A stretch of 25,220 nt of DNA, taken from positions 1 to 25,220 of IMG/VR virus record IMGVR_UViG_3300020379_000575. One strand, written 5' to 3'. Below, piece after piece: positions 24,737-25,220 of the stretch; positions within the stretch are counted from its first letter, which is position 1, and every line of letters begins with the position of its first letter. The stretch is from a virus. Taxonomy: Duplodnaviria; Caudoviricetes. A program made the translations under genes and the position numbers. A model generated the notes under the pieces. That model saw nothing but the letters and a program-made list of their open reading frames with translations. It ran no database searches and had not been told where the DNA came from.

Positions 24737-24744
24737 TATTTATA
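24737..24744 (+). promoter_or_regulatory. Putative late promoter TATTTATA
   Basis: The octamer sits in an 18-nt intergenic gap, 10 nt before ATG 24755. Confidence 0.6.
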
Positions 24745-24754
24745 TAAAAAAGCA

Positions 24755-25117
24755 ATGACTCAGAAAGAGCTTTTAGAAGACTTACTAGTAGAGATTAAGC
24801 ATATTAAAACTAATATGCCTAACGGTGAGTTAAAACAGATGCAAAAAGATCTAGAAGATATGAAAACTAATATCTCTGATCTTAAATTTACTTTACTTAA
24901 TCCTGATAACGGTGTTATTGTTAATACAAATAAAAACACAGAATATAGACAGGAGTTACAAAATAATGAAGTTGATTTTAGGAATAAACTTTCTGAAATA
25001 GAAGATCTTAAGAAATGGAAGGACGGTGTCACTAGAGCTCTTTGGATAATCTTCGGTATATTAGCTACAGTTATAGTTAGAATGTTAATGATGCATTCAG
25101 AACAGATAGGACAATAA
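24755..25117 (+). CDS. Coiled-coil protein with C-terminal TM helix (possible holin-like lysis protein)
   Basis: Coiled-coil N-region, then ALWIIFGILATVIVRMLM. Preceded by the late motif. Confidence 0.55.
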   Translation: MTQKELLEDLLVEIKHIKTNMPNGELKQMQKDLEDMKTNISDLKFTLLNPDNGVIVNTNKNTEYRQELQNNEVDFRNKLSEIEDLKKWKDGVTRALWIIFGILATVIVRMLMMHSEQIGQ

Positions 25118-25220
25118 TGACTAATGAAGAGGTAAAAAATATTACATTAGAGTCTTTAAGAGACTGGTTTAAGAAAGAGAAGTGGGTTCGCATCTCTTCT
25201 TCTGGTAATATAGCTGGTCC
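25117..25220 (+). CDS. 5' part of a hypothetical phage protein (truncated by the window)
   Basis: TAATG-coupled. Reads MTNEEVKNITLESLRDWFKKEKWVRISSSGNIAG... and stays open to the window end. Confidence 0.7.
   Translation, partial: MTNEEVKNITLESLRDWFKKEKWVRISSSGNIAG

Noticed and set aside
40-25032. Minus-strand ORFs in the track (for example 2944..3315, 21447..21806, 24760..25032)
   Set aside because: All lie wholly opposite well-supported plus-strand genes and show no recognisable motifs. They are shadow ORFs.
1-25220. Stop-codon reassignment (TAG or TGA), as in some large Bacteroidota phages
   Set aside because: The standard code gives near-complete coding density with intact genes, and TAG and TGA end genes at sensible junctions (7957, 16865, 19133, 20308).
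1-25220. tRNA, structured ncRNA or intrinsic terminators
   Set aside because: Intergenic gaps are at most about 54 nt, and I saw no cloverleaf or convincing GC hairpin followed by a U-tract.

Overview
This is an AT-rich (roughly 30-33% GC by eye), densely coded, all-plus-strand segment of a large T4-like myovirus. The host is probably a Bacteroidota species: there are no Shine-Dalgarno motifs, there is a TTG-N20-TAnnTTT-type promoter before the primase, and there is a Bacteroidota-style lipoprotein. Gene order: the end of an HD-domain gene; a gp55-like late sigma factor; a baseplate and tail module (spike-like, gp25-like, gp6-like, large wedge, three tail-collar-like proteins, two fibres with S74 chaperones); a GIY-YIG-like protein; a cluster of small proteins; primase and PD-(D/E)XK nuclease; a lipoprotein; a P-loop kinase, an HxGH nucleotidyltransferase-HExxH fusion and a HAD phosphatase; then hypothetical genes. 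The most notable signals are: (1) about 50 [S/T]-G-S tripeptides confined to the virion tail proteins, a possible modification sequon; (2) a shared N-terminal MKLxxI/LILE peptide on unrelated proteins, including the kinase, resembling a capsid-targeting and prohead-protease signal; (3) a TATTTATA late-promoter motif that is the reverse complement of the T4 TATAAATA; (4) a 236-nt dual-coding overlap with a clear codon-usage shift; (5) an unannotated 45-aa basic ORF. All family assignments come from motif recognition only; no searches were run.
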